Assembly: GCA_965205975.1 (NCBI GenBank)
Contig: OZ242195.1
Location: 32,001-96,000, forward strand
Length of the DNA stretch: 64,000 nt
Origin: Candidatus Latescibacterota bacterium
GTDB taxonomy: Bacteria > Latescibacterota > UBA2968
Reading direction: 5' to 3'
Below, piece after piece: positions 7,083-17,087 of this stretch. The notes beneath the pieces are model-generated. The model saw only the letters and a list, made by a program, of their open reading frames with translations, was not told the origin of the DNA and made no database searches. Numbering within the stretch: position 1 is the stretch's first letter; every line of letters begins with the position of its first letter. Made by a program: the position numbers and the translations under genes.

Positions 7083-10000
7083 ATGAAATCCTCTGACTTT
7101 GTCCATTTGCATAGCCACACGATGTATAGCCTGCTCGATGGTGCGTCGAGAATAGAAGATATTGCCCAGGTAGCCGCCGAATGGGGCATGCCTGCGGTTG
7201 CGATGACCGATCACGGCAATCTTTTCGGTGCCATTGATTTTTATCGGGCGATGAGAGATGTGGGCGTCAATCCGATTATTGGGTGCGAAGTTTATTGCGC
7301 GATTGGGAGCCGATTTGACAGAAAATCTGCGCCGGGTCTTCAGGGCAATTCGAACCATCTGGTTTTGCTGGTGAAAAATTATACGGGCTATAAAAATTTG
7401 ATCAAGTTGGTATCTGCCGGGTATCTCGAGGGCTTTTATTACAATCCCCGCATAGACAAAGATTTGCTGCGCCAGCATTCGGAAGGGCTGATTTGCCTGT
7501 CGGCGTGCATCGGGGGCGAGATCCCCTATTTGATCGAACGCGAGGGATACAAAGCGGCGCAAAAGGCTGTGGAAACATATCTCGATATTTTTGGCGATGA
7601 TTATTATCTGGAGATTCAGCGGCACGGCATTGATAAAGAAAAAAAGATCAATCCCGGATTGGTCAAGCTACACGAGGAGATGGGTGTGCCTCTGGTGGCG
7701 ACGAATGATTCGCATTTTACGCGGGCTGAAGACCACGAAGCGCATGCGGCTCTCGTCGCTATTCAGACGGGTAAGACATTGGACGATCCCAAGCGCATGT
7801 GTTATCCCGAAGGCGTGTATTTTAAGTCGGCAGAAGAGATGTACGAGCTGTTTCGGGATATGCCGCACGTTTTGGAACCCACGCTCGAAATTGCCGAAAA
7901 ATGCAATCTGGAGATTTCTTTTGATGAATACCGCGCGCCCGATTTTCCCTTGCCAGAGAGGTATGATGCGGCCAGCGATTATCTCGGCGATCTGGCGCGC
8001 GCGGGGATGGAGGCGCGGTGTAAATCTGTGACCTCTGAGCATGAGGAACGCCTGAAGTTTGAGTTGGACGTGATCGATCAGACGGGATATCCGGGCTATT
8101 TTTTGATTTTGCACGATTTGATGCAGTTTTCCAATGCCTCAGATATCCGCGCAGGCGCGCGTGGGTCTGCTGTGAGTAGTCTGGTGGCTTACGCACTGGG
8201 CATAACGGCTGTGGATCCCATCGAATACGGGCTGGTGTTTGAGCGATTTTTGAATCCCGAGCGGATTTCGCCGCCCGATATCGATCTCGATATCGCTGAC
8301 CGCGATCGCGAGCAGGTCATCGATTACGTGGTGCAAAAATACGGGCGCGACAATGTGTGTCAGGTCATTACGTTTGGCACTATGGGCGCGAAGGGCGTGA
8401 TCCGCGATGTGGGGCGGGTGTTGGACCGGCCATTTGCAGAAGTTGATAAAATTTCAAAGCTGGTGCCTGCAGAATTGAAGATGACGCTCAATAAAGCACT
8501 CGATCAGGTGCCTGAGTTGCGTCAGATTGCAGAAGATGGGGACACGGGGCAAAAGATGATCGGCATAGGAAAGCAACTCGAAGGGCTAGCGCGCCATGCG
8601 TCGATTCACGCGGCTGCGGTGGTGATTACGCCCGAGCCTGTGACCGAGTTTATGCCCGTTTACAAAGCGCCCAAGGGCGGCGAGGTGATGACGCAGTACA
8701 ATATGCACCATGTGGAAGACCTGGGCTTTTTGAAGATGGATTTTTTGGGGCTTCGCAATTTGACGGTGATTGACGATGCCGTGAAGATGGTGAAGGAGAA
8801 TTACGGCGTGGATGTGGATGTGGATAATTTGCCTCTGGACGATGAGGCGACCTATCGCCTGTTTGGTCGGGGCGATACGACCGGAGTGTTCCAGTTTGAA
8901 AGCGCGGGCATGAAGGGCTATTTGCAACAACTGAAGCCGGATACGATTGGTGATATTATTGCGATGAACGCGCTTTATCGCCCGGGACCGATGCAGTATA
9001 TTCCCAACTACGTTGACCGCAAGCACGGGCGGGAAGAGGTGACATATAACGACGAGAAGATGCGCCCGGCTCTGGAGGAGACGTACGGCATCATTACTTA
9101 TCAGGAACAGGTGCAACGCCTGTGCCGCGACCTCGCTGGATTTACACTTGCCAAAGCCGATGGCATCCGCAAGGCCATGGGGAAGAAGTTGGCCGATGTG
9201 ATGGAACAGTATCGGCTCGAATTTTTAGAGGGTGCGACAGCCAATGGCGTTGAAAAAACAGTCGCACAACAGATATGGCAAGATATCGAGGTTTTCTCGG
9301 GCTATGGGTTCAACAAGGCGCACAGTGCGGGCTATTCGATGGTGGCTTACCAGTGCGCGTATCTCAAGGCGCATTATCCGGCCGAGTTTATGGCGGCCAA
9401 TCTCAACAGTGAAATTGGCGATATCGAGCGTCTGGTCGTTCTGGTCGAAGAATGCCGCCGGATGGGTCTGGACGTATTACCTCCGGATGTGAATGAAGGG
9501 CAGGTCGATTTTATGGCTGCCAAAAACGAGATTCGAATGGGTATGGCTGCTATTCGCAATGTGGGGCGTAGCGCGGTTCAAGCGATTGTAGCTGCGCGTG
9601 AAGATGGGCCTTTTGAGTCGCTATTTGATTTTTGCGACCGCGTGGATTCTCAGGCTGTGAATAGGCGGTGTGTTGAAAGTCTGATTAAAGCCGGTGCTTA
9701 TGATTGCGTGCCCGGGCATCGCGCGCAGTTGTTCGGAGCCTTAGACCGCGCACTGGAGATGGCGCAATCTGTACAGGCTGATCGTGCCCGGGGGCAAATT
9801 TCCATGTTTGAAATGGTCGAGATGCAGACGCAGGCGGTGAACGACCAATCGTTACCCGAGGTTGAGGAATGGACTGAGAGAGAACGCCTCGCTTATGAAA
9901 AAGATATGCTGGGCTTTTATCTTTCGGGACATCCGCTGGAACGCTACAGAACCGATTTGTCGGAGATGGGTATGCGGTCGGTAAATGATCTGACGGGATT

Positions 10001-10586
10001 GCCCGATGGTGCAGAGGTGCAGATTGGGGGCGTTTTAACCGAAGTTAAACCGCATACGACACGCGATGGTCGGCCCATGGCTTTTGGCACGCTGGAAGAT
10101 TTGAGCGGCGCGGTTGACCTCGTGGTGTTTTCCGATCATTTTGAAAAATTGCGCGAGCAACTGCTGGCCGATGAAATGGTGGTTTTACAAGGTCGGTTTT
10201 CCGCACGCAATGGCCGGTCTTCGGTGCAGGTTGAGAATGTGATGCCTATTGAGCAAGCGCGCGAGCAACTGGCCGATACCGTCAATGTGATGTTGTCGGG
10301 TGATTTAATACGGATGGAGCGACTCAAATCACTGCATACTCTGTGTCTGAAACATCCGGGCAACTGTCAGTTGCGATTACATCTGAAATTGGAGCGCGAC
10401 CACTCCACCATCATCCTGTCCCGTCAGGTTCAGGTGTTGCCTTCCGATGTCTTGTTGCGAGAAATTGCCGAACTCACGGGTGGCAGGGCCAATGCGTGGG
10501 TATCAACTGAGGCGGGGCGCGCTCGACGCGCGGCGAGACGCCAATCCGATGAAATGGTCTTAGAAGAGGGACTTGTAACGGCGTGA
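7083..10586 (+). CDS. dnaE: DNA polymerase III alpha subunit
   Basis: FVHLHSHTMYS and TDHGN (PHP), FERFLNPERISPPDIDLD, YGFNKAHS, internal clamp motif QISMF, OB fold; start moved to ATG 7083. Confidence 0.97.
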   Translation: MKSSDFVHLHSHTMYSLLDGASRIEDIAQVAAEWGMPAVAMTDHGNLFGAIDFYRAMRDVGVNPIIGCEVYCAIGSRFDRKSAPGLQGNSNHLVLLVKNYTGYKNLIKLVSAGYLEGFYYNPRIDKDLLRQHSEGLICLSACIGGEIPYLIEREGYKAAQKAVETYLDIFGDDYYLEIQRHGIDKEKKINPGLVKLHEEMGVPLVATNDSHFTRAEDHEAHAALVAIQTGKTLDDPKRMCYPEGVYFKSAEEMYELFRDMPHVLEPTLEIAEKCNLEISFDEYRAPDFPLPERYDAASDYLGDLARAGMEARCKSVTSEHEERLKFELDVIDQTGYPGYFLILHDLMQFSNASDIRAGARGSAVSSLVAYALGITAVDPIEYGLVFERFLNPERISPPDIDLDIADRDREQVIDYVVQKYGRDNVCQVITFGTMGAKGVIRDVGRVLDRPFAEVDKISKLVPAELKMTLNKALDQVPELRQIAEDGDTGQKMIGIGKQLEGLARHASIHAAAVVITPEPVTEFMPVYKAPKGGEVMTQYNMHHVEDLGFLKMDFLGLRNLTVIDDAVKMVKENYGVDVDVDNLPLDDEATYRLFGRGDTTGVFQFESAGMKGYLQQLKPDTIGDIIAMNALYRPGPMQYIPNYVDRKHGREEVTYNDEKMRPALEETYGIITYQEQVQRLCRDLAGFTLAKADGIRKAMGKKLADVMEQYRLEFLEGATANGVEKTVAQQIWQDIEVFSGYGFNKAHSAGYSMVAYQCAYLKAHYPAEFMAANLNSEIGDIERLVVLVEECRRMGLDVLPPDVNEGQVDFMAAKNEIRMGMAAIRNVGRSAVQAIVAAREDGPFESLFDFCDRVDSQAVNRRCVESLIKAGAYDCVPGHRAQLFGALDRALEMAQSVQADRARGQISMFEMVEMQTQAVNDQSLPEVEEWTERERLAYEKDMLGFYLSGHPLERYRTDLSEMGMRSVNDLTGLPDGAEVQIGGVLTEVKPHTTRDGRPMAFGTLEDLSGAVDLVVFSDHFEKLREQLLADEMVVLQGRFSARNGRSSVQVENVMPIEQAREQLADTVNVMLSGDLIRMERLKSLHTLCLKHPGNCQLRLHLKLERDHSTIILSRQVQVLPSDVLLREIAELTGGRANAWVSTEAGRARRAARRQSDEMVLEEGLVTA

Positions 10587-10619
10587 TGGGAGGTGAGAGT
10601 AGCATCCGCAGATAGACGC

Positions 10620-10657
10620 AAAAAAAAGGCGAGAGGCCATCCGGCCTCTCGCCTTTT
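10620..10657. terminator. Bidirectional intrinsic terminator between convergent dnaE and rodA
   Basis: AAAAGGCGAGAGGCC-ATCC-GGCCTCTCGCCTTTT. Confidence 0.85.
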
Positions 10658-10675
10658 GCATTTTACATCACACCC

Positions 10676-11896
10676 TTAATAATCCTCATACCTGTTGGCG
10701 TAAATGTTGAGTAACAGACCAACGAGAATCATATTTGTGATGAGCGTGGAGCCTCCGTAGCTCAGGAAAGGCAATGGGAGGCCCGTGACGGGCATGATGC
10801 CAATGGTCATGCCGATGTTGACAAAAATGTGGAAGAGGAGAATGGTCGCCAGCCCGATCGCAATCAAGCTGGAGAAGCGGTTTTTGGTCTGGACGGCAAT
10901 GGACAAGGCACGCCATAAGATGAATATAAACAATGCCAAAATAAAAAAGGCACCGAGAAATCCGAATTCTTCGCATATAACGGAAAAAATAAAGTCGGTG
11001 TGTTGTTCCGGTAAAAAGGCGAGTTTGGTTTGTGTGCCTTCTAAAAATCCCTTGCCTGTGAGGCCGCCAGACCCAATGGCGATTTTGGACTGAATGACCT
11101 GATAGCCCGCGCCGAGTTTGTCCATATCGGGGTCGAGAAAGGTGAGGATGCGGCGTTTTTGGTAGTCGTGGAGTTTGTTTTCCCATACATAAGGTGCGGC
11201 GATAGCAACCGTGAGATTGACCAATAGCAAGATGCTTGCGGTGAATAAACGGGGGCGTTCATAGAGAAGGAGGCCAATGAGAATTACTACTATTGCGGCC
11301 AGCATCCAGGGGTGAAAAGCACATATCAGGGTGAGGGCAGGAGAGACTAAAAAAAACAGATGTATGGGTCTGGCACCGGCCCAGAAGAACATGGGTAGGA
11401 TGAGGATGCTAAAAACCAGAGCGGTACCCAGATCGGGTTGCTTAAAGACGAGCAATATGGGCAAGAGAACGAGCAACAGAGGTGGGACAAAGGCACGTGC
11501 GCGGGTCAGGTCGCGGTTGGGATAGGCCAAAAAGCGTGCGAGTACCAGGACGGTCGTTATCTTGGCGAATTCAGAAGGTTGTATGTGAATAGGACCAATG
11601 TTGAACCAGCGCCGGTCCCCCAATTCGAGCACGAGTATCAAAAGTGTAACTGTCAGGCCATAGAGGACATACGCAAAGGCGTAAAAAAGTTTGAGGGGAA
11701 TGACCATGGTGATGATCATGGCAATCAACCCGAGTAAAGCCCAGATAATTTGCTTTTCATAAATATTGCCGGCCAGGCCCAGATCCCAATTGTAGCTGGC
11801 ACTGTATATGGTGGTAATGCCCATACCAATGCCCAGGCATATCGCTGAGAGGAGGCCGATGTCGAGGTCGCGTCGAACAAAAAGAGAAAGATTCAC
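10676..11896 (-). CDS. rodA: Rod shape-determining SEDS glycosyltransferase RodA
   Basis: Multi-TM; IQPSEFAK, QPDLGTA, PEQHTDFIF, PVTGLPLPFLSYGGS; follows PBP2. Confidence 0.95.
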   Translation of the reverse strand: MNLSLFVRRDLDIGLLSAICLGIGMGITTIYSASYNWDLGLAGNIYEKQIIWALLGLIAMIITMVIPLKLFYAFAYVLYGLTVTLLILVLELGDRRWFNIGPIHIQPSEFAKITTVLVLARFLAYPNRDLTRARAFVPPLLLVLLPILLVFKQPDLGTALVFSILILPMFFWAGARPIHLFFLVSPALTLICAFHPWMLAAIVVILIGLLLYERPRLFTASILLLVNLTVAIAAPYVWENKLHDYQKRRILTFLDPDMDKLGAGYQVIQSKIAIGSGGLTGKGFLEGTQTKLAFLPEQHTDFIFSVICEEFGFLGAFFILALFIFILWRALSIAVQTKNRFSSLIAIGLATILLFHIFVNIGMTIGIMPVTGLPLPFLSYGGSTLITNMILVGLLLNIYANRYEDY

Positions 11897-11918
11897 AACT
11901 ACCTCGAAAAATGAGAGG

Positions 11919-13790
11919 TTACTGGTTAGTGACTACAAATAATTCGTCGGTGCGTTTTGGCTTTGGCACAGCTTGTTCAAAATAGGCTTCGAGCGTTTTT
12001 TGTGCAATAGGTGCGGCAACAAGGCCTCCCGAACCGCCGTTTTCAACAATTACGGCAATGGCAATGCGCGGGTTTTCTGCCGGTGCATAAGCGACAAACC
12101 AGGCGTGGTCTTCACCATGAGGATTTTGTGCAGTGCCTGTTTTTCCCGCAACGACAATATTGGGTAAACGGGCGCGATGACCAGTGCCGCCAGGGCTGTT
12201 GACCACATCTACCATTATGCTTCGCACTGTTTTAATCACCTCTTTCGAGATGGGTAGAGATGTGGTTTCCCCCTTTGTACCTTTGATTACCTGCGGAGTG
12301 GGTAACTGATCGGTTGCCAGTGCACTGGTATAGCGCACTACCTGAAGGGGAGTTGCCAGAAGTTCCCCTTGCCCAATGGTCAGGTTGAGCATATTGCCAC
12401 CAGCCAAGAAGCCGTGCCTTTGTTTGTAATAGGCGCGGTCGGGTAGCAGACCGCGTGCTTCACCATCGCCTCCCGAAGCAATGTCGATATTTGTCAATTC
12501 ACCAAATTTGAACATAGCGGCATATCGATGCCAGTCGTCAATACCCACTTTGCGGCCAAGTTGATAAAAGAATACATCACAAGATTTTACGAGTGCTTGC
12601 CGCAGGTTGATTGTTCCACAGCCTCTTTTGTTGTGACATCTAAATCGGCGATCACCGACAACCATGCCCCCTGTGCAGGGATGCAAGCGATATTCATCGG
12701 CTTTGAGTATGCCCATGTCCAAAGCGGCGATTGATGTTATCATTTTAAATACCGAAGCTGGTGGATATTCGCCCTTAAGGCTGCGATTGAGCAAGGGTTT
12801 GGATGGATCTGTTTGCAAAAGCTGCCACGCTTTGGGGTCTCGAATAGATCGCGGATGAAATCCGGGTTTGCTGACTATGGCGATGATTTCGCCAGACTGC
12901 GGATGCATCGCTACGAGGCTGCCGCGCATGCTGTCTGCAAAGGCGTGCTCGGCGGCATGTTGCACGCGCCAGTCGATCGTGAGCGACAGATCTTTGCCGG
13001 GAATAGGAGGATCTGTTTTTTCGGGGAAACTACCCACTTCGCGGCCTCTGGCATTTACTTCGATGTATTTGACGCCCTTATGGCCCCGCATTCGGTCTTC
13101 AAACATGCGCTCAATGCCTCGTTTTCCAATGCGGTCGTCGTAGCGATAGCCTTCTGCTTTCAGACGAGAATATTGCGAGGCGTTGATCAGCCCGAGATAG
13201 CCCAGAGTATGCGATGCTAATGGAAAGGAGTGACTCATGTGGTGCCGCGCGTGTGAAGATTCGGTGGATATTTCCGAGGGCGTGTCAAAGATGGGATAGC
13301 CCCTGCGGGGTTCAATTTGGATTTCGACACCGGGGAAATCATAGCGATTTTCTTCGATAATGGAAACGGCTTCAAAGTCAACATCGCGTTTGAGGTTGAT
13401 CGGATCGTAATAATGCCGGTTAGGAGATTGCAGTTTTTCTGTTATGGTTTCACAGGGCAGATCTACAATTTGCCCGAGGCGTTCGAGAAGCCCATTGCAT
13501 TTGCCTTCTTCAATATTTGCCAAAAAGCGAGGGGGAATGACCGAGATGTTATAAGACGGTCTGTTATCGACCAAAATGATGCCATTGCGGTCGCGGATCA
13601 GACCGCGATTGGCCTGGATGATGACGGGCTGCATGGTATTCTTTTCGGATTTAATGCGATACTGTTCCCATTCGGCGATCTGCAACATATAGAGACGGAT
13701 GCCCAATATGGCAAAGAGGAATGCCATTGCACCGAAAAGAATGCGTGCGCGCCGTGCGCGAATGCCGTTATGTGTGAAGTCATTCTGCAT
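11919..13790 (-). CDS. mrdA: Penicillin-binding protein 2
   Basis: N-terminal TM, RGLIRDRNG, SVFK (SxxK), SCD, KTGTAQ; lies between mreD and rodA. Confidence 0.93.
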   Translation of the reverse strand: MQNDFTHNGIRARRARILFGAMAFLFAILGIRLYMLQIAEWEQYRIKSEKNTMQPVIIQANRGLIRDRNGIILVDNRPSYNISVIPPRFLANIEEGKCNGLLERLGQIVDLPCETITEKLQSPNRHYYDPINLKRDVDFEAVSIIEENRYDFPGVEIQIEPRRGYPIFDTPSEISTESSHARHHMSHSFPLASHTLGYLGLINASQYSRLKAEGYRYDDRIGKRGIERMFEDRMRGHKGVKYIEVNARGREVGSFPEKTDPPIPGKDLSLTIDWRVQHAAEHAFADSMRGSLVAMHPQSGEIIAIVSKPGFHPRSIRDPKAWQLLQTDPSKPLLNRSLKGEYPPASVFKMITSIAALDMGILKADEYRLHPCTGGMVVGDRRFRCHNKRGCGTINLRQALVKSCDVFFYQLGRKVGIDDWHRYAAMFKFGELTNIDIASGGDGEARGLLPDRAYYKQRHGFLAGGNMLNLTIGQGELLATPLQVVRYTSALATDQLPTPQVIKGTKGETTSLPISKEVIKTVRSIMVDVVNSPGGTGHRARLPNIVVAGKTGTAQNPHGEDHAWFVAYAPAENPRIAIAVIVENGGSGGLVAAPIAQKTLEAYFEQAVPKPKRTDELFVVTNQ

Positions 13791-14259
13791 GGGATTCAAT
13801 ATTGAGAAGTGAGAAAAAGGTGAGGACAAACGCCACTGCTGTGCCCAGCGCAGCAGTGTAAAGGCTTGTACCCAATCCGACGCTCAAAATTTTGATTGGT
13901 TGCAAAATAAATAAAAAGAAAATTATATCGTGTAGAAGTGTTGCTAAAAATAAAATAGTAGCCTGTGCTCGCAGGGTTTCTGCAGCGATGCCTCCGCGAC
14001 TATAACCCGCAAAAAAACCAATCAGGCTGTTGGCAAGGGCATTGGTGCCCAAACGCGAGCCGGGGTCGTATATGTCGATGAGCAATCCCGATATAAAACC
14101 CAGTGCTGTCGCTTCAATTTGTCCCCGGGTAAAGGCAATAAAAACCAGTATGATAATGACGATATCCGGTGCGATACCGTAAATTGCGAAGATATCGATC
14201 CAGGATGCCTGGAGAAGCAGAGCCAAACAAATGAACAAAATATTGCGGGCGATAATCAT
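13780..14259 (-). CDS. mreD: Rod shape-determining protein MreD
   Basis: 159-aa hydrophobic protein with PD motif and GLLID, immediately upstream of mrdA. Confidence 0.85.
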   Translation of the reverse strand: MIIARNILFICLALLLQASWIDIFAIYGIAPDIVIIILVFIAFTRGQIEATALGFISGLLIDIYDPGSRLGTNALANSLIGFFAGYSRGGIAAETLRAQATILFLATLLHDIIFFLFILQPIKILSVGLGTSLYTAALGTAVAFVLTFFSLLNIESHAE

Positions 14260-14263
14260 ATGG

Positions 14264-14293
14264 GTAAGGGGCGGGTTTTAAACCCGCCCGTAC
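14264..14293. repeat. REP-like palindrome
   Basis: GTAAG-GGGCGGGTTT-T-AAACCCGCCC-GTAC with GTA/TAC ends and no T-tract. Confidence 0.55.
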
Positions 14294-14304
14294 GGTCAGT
14301 TTCA

Positions 14305-16152
14305 TTAATCCGCAATTTCTCTAACGCGAATGCGGGTGCCGGGCCGCAAGCGCGATGGGCTTCGAATGTCGTTCCAGGATTGTAGGGCTGCAACACTGGT
14401 ATCAAAAGCACGCGCAATGCTCCACAGGGTATCACCCGTGCGTACTGTATAAAAGATGGGAGATTCCGATGTTCCATCTTTGGGTACCCACAATGTGAGG
14501 CGATCGCCCGGGTGAATGGGACGATTGGTATTCAGATTATTCCACGCACGCAGGTGTGAAACCGTGATTCCTTTTCGTTTGGCAATCCCCCATAGGGTAT
14601 CGCCAGTACGCACAGTAACATTGATCTGGCGATAGTGTTTGGGGTCGGGCCTTTGGTCAATATTCTTTGTTTGAAATACTGGGCGCGCCTGTGTTGCAGC
14701 AGACAGGCGTTGGGCGTGGGGATACATTGGAATGCTGAGTTTCTGACCGATTTGCAGGCGACGAGGGTTGGTGATGCCATTGGCCGCTTGCAGATCGGAT
14801 GCCGACACCCCTACGCGGGATGCAATGCCCGATAAGGTGTCTCCGCGTTTGACCACATAGTCGATAAGTTGGATTTTTTTATGCTCTGGTATTTGTGCGT
14901 AAGTGGCTCTAAATTTCGCACCTGCGCCCTTTGGCACGCGCAAATTATAGGCGTTTCGCCGCATGGCGGGCGGTGTATATGGGCGGCGCAATTCGGGGTT
15001 GAGTTGTTTCAGCCAGGTGTAGGTAGTGCCCGCACATTCCGCTGCCAAATGCAGGTTCACAGGTTCTGTTAAAGCGACTTTGTCATAAGACAGGGGAGGT
15101 TGATAGACAACATCTTTAAAGCCAAAAAAAGCGGGATCTTTGGCAATGACGACAGCTGCCATAAACTTGGGTACATGATTGCGGGTTTCTCTGGGCAGTA
15201 CGTCGATTTCCCAAAAGTCGCGGGTTTTAGATTTTGCAATGGCGCGATCCATCCGGCCCTGTCCGCAGTTGTAGGCTGCGACAACCAGATGCCAATCTTT
15301 AAAGTGCTCGTATAGGTGATTGAGATGTCGCGCAGCAGCATGTGTGGATTTTTCGGGGTTCATGCGATCGTCGATATAGGTGTTGCGTCGCAGGCCATAG
15401 AGCAAGCCAGTGCGGTACATAAATTGCCACATGCCCAGGGCGTATGCACGCGAGAGCGCGCGGGGATTAAATCCACTTTCGATCATGGCTTTGTACGCGA
15501 GGTCCACAGGCAAGCCCTGTTCGCGGAAAATTGTCTGGATCATGGGCAAATAGGCGGTGGAGCGAGACAGACTGCGTTCAAAGAAGTCGCGCTTTTCCGT
15601 GAGGAAATATTGGATATAAGCTCTGACTTCGGGTGTCAGGTCAATAGGTACATCGGCTTGCCCTGCCAGTACTCTTATTTTTAGTTCACGATAGTGCGGA
15701 TGATGCAAGAGGTCGGCAACTATAGATTCGGGAAGGGTATTGAGCAGGGTTGCCAGCGGTGTATGCGGCGGTATGGGCGCACGGGACAGAATCGCGTGAT
15801 AGCGTTCGAGTGTGAAACGCATTATCGCGGTCCATTTGGCGGCTGTATTCGGTTCGGCAACAAAACGCTGGCGCAACATGTGCGCTGCCGTATCGAGTAG
15901 AGCTCTTACGCGAAGAGAGTGGGTTTCGGCGGCGGCGTTTTGAAGCAGGTCATAGAGACGGTCGCCCGTGGGCTCTATATCTTCTATCAATACGGGCTTT
16001 GTTGGTATAATGGGTTCTGCAACTTTTGGCACAGTTACGGGTGCAGGCGCAGGTGCAGGCGCAGGTGCAGGCGCAGGTGCAAGAGGGGTGCGTGCGGTGG
16101 TTGCACAACCGCCAAAAATTAGAACTGCAATAAGACACAGGTTATACCGCAT
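14305..16152 (-). CDS. MltD-like lytic transglycosylase lipoprotein with 3 LysM domains
   Basis: Lipobox FGGC, (AP)n linker, AMIESGFNP, GMWQFM, AAYNCG, three V.xGDTL LysM repeats. Confidence 0.9.
   Translation of the reverse strand: MRYNLCLIAVLIFGGCATTARTPLAPAPAPAPAPAPAPVTVPKVAEPIIPTKPVLIEDIEPTGDRLYDLLQNAAAETHSLRVRALLDTAAHMLRQRFVAEPNTAAKWTAIMRFTLERYHAILSRAPIPPHTPLATLLNTLPESIVADLLHHPHYRELKIRVLAGQADVPIDLTPEVRAYIQYFLTEKRDFFERSLSRSTAYLPMIQTIFREQGLPVDLAYKAMIESGFNPRALSRAYALGMWQFMYRTGLLYGLRRNTYIDDRMNPEKSTHAAARHLNHLYEHFKDWHLVVAAYNCGQGRMDRAIAKSKTRDFWEIDVLPRETRNHVPKFMAAVVIAKDPAFFGFKDVVYQPPLSYDKVALTEPVNLHLAAECAGTTYTWLKQLNPELRRPYTPPAMRRNAYNLRVPKGAGAKFRATYAQIPEHKKIQLIDYVVKRGDTLSGIASRVGVSASDLQAANGITNPRRLQIGQKLSIPMYPHAQRLSAATQARPVFQTKNIDQRPDPKHYRQINVTVRTGDTLWGIAKRKGITVSHLRAWNNLNTNRPIHPGDRLTLWVPKDGTSESPIFYTVRTGDTLWSIARAFDTSVAALQSWNDIRSPSRLRPGTRIRVREIAD
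16039..16082. repeat. 12-bp coding tandem repeat (Ala-Pro linker)
   Basis: (GGTGCAGGCGCA) about 3.5 copies. Confidence 0.85.
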
Positions 16153-16165
16153 GGCCGTATTCGCG

Positions 16166-16897
16166 TTATTGAGAAGATTTTGCCTGTACAATGAATGCTG
16201 TTTCATAGCCTTTCTTTGTTACCTCCTCGAGTAATATTTCCGCATCGTTGCGCGTCTGAAAATTGCCGACGCGCACCTTGAAATAAGGGGGTTCAAAATC
16301 GATAAAAACATCATCGCGCGTCAGTTGAACACGCGCTTGCATTTGTGCATTTTCCGCTGAGCCTCGCGTCGATGACGAAAAGATTTGAATTCTAAACCCC
16401 GATGTGGCATCGCTTTCTGGTTGCACATTGGCAACTGGTGTGCGAACTACGTAAGCATCGGGAAAGCCTAATGCTCTAATGGCGTCGCGCAGTATTTGGG
16501 CCGATTCGGGCGTGCGACTGTTGCCCGCTTGAATTTTGTAGAGTTGGATATCTTCGTCGAGATGAATATATGTCAGGACCTGAGCCTCGCGCTGAATTTG
16601 TTCGCGCAAGGCTTCTGCCCGGTTGTGATCGCGAAGGGCTGCAACTTGAACGCGGAAGCCCTCAATTTGTGATACTTCCGCAGGGGGCATTGCTTCGGTG
16701 CGTACAGGTGTTTGCAACACCGGGTCGTCGTCCATGAGGGTCTGCGGATCAAATTCTTCTCGCACCACCGATGAATCAACTGCCGATGAATCAGCCATCG
16801 GTGAATCAGCCGGAGGAGCGAGTTGGGTCTGCTGTGCGACACAGCCGATCAGGAACACGACAAACAAGACAAATAACAAGATGTTTTTTCTTATCAT
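16166..16897 (-). CDS. SPOR-domain lipoprotein (two SPOR domains)
   Basis: Lipobox LIGC; GFRVQV...YKIQAG and GFRIQI...FKVRVGNF. Confidence 0.85.
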   Translation of the reverse strand: MIRKNILLFVLFVVFLIGCVAQQTQLAPPADSPMADSSAVDSSVVREEFDPQTLMDDDPVLQTPVRTEAMPPAEVSQIEGFRVQVAALRDHNRAEALREQIQREAQVLTYIHLDEDIQLYKIQAGNSRTPESAQILRDAIRALGFPDAYVVRTPVANVQPESDATSGFRIQIFSSSTRGSAENAQMQARVQLTRDDVFIDFEPPYFKVRVGNFQTRNDAEILLEEVTKKGYETAFIVQAKSSQ

Positions 16898-17087
16898 TTT
16901 GCCTCCACAAACAGTTGTCAGTTTTATTTTTTAAGCTTTATGCGTGACACTCACACTTTAAGAAGGCATGCAAAATTAGTCAATAACTTATATTGCGTAA
17001 TTTATCGAAAAAAGCACTATTTCCCCCTATATCTTGTATATCTCAAAAAAATAATAAAGGTGCTTAATTATGCAATAAACCAGGGCT

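Noticed and set aside
16039..16082. Phase-variable repeat
   Set aside because: The 12-bp unit preserves the frame and encodes an ordinary Ala-Pro linker.
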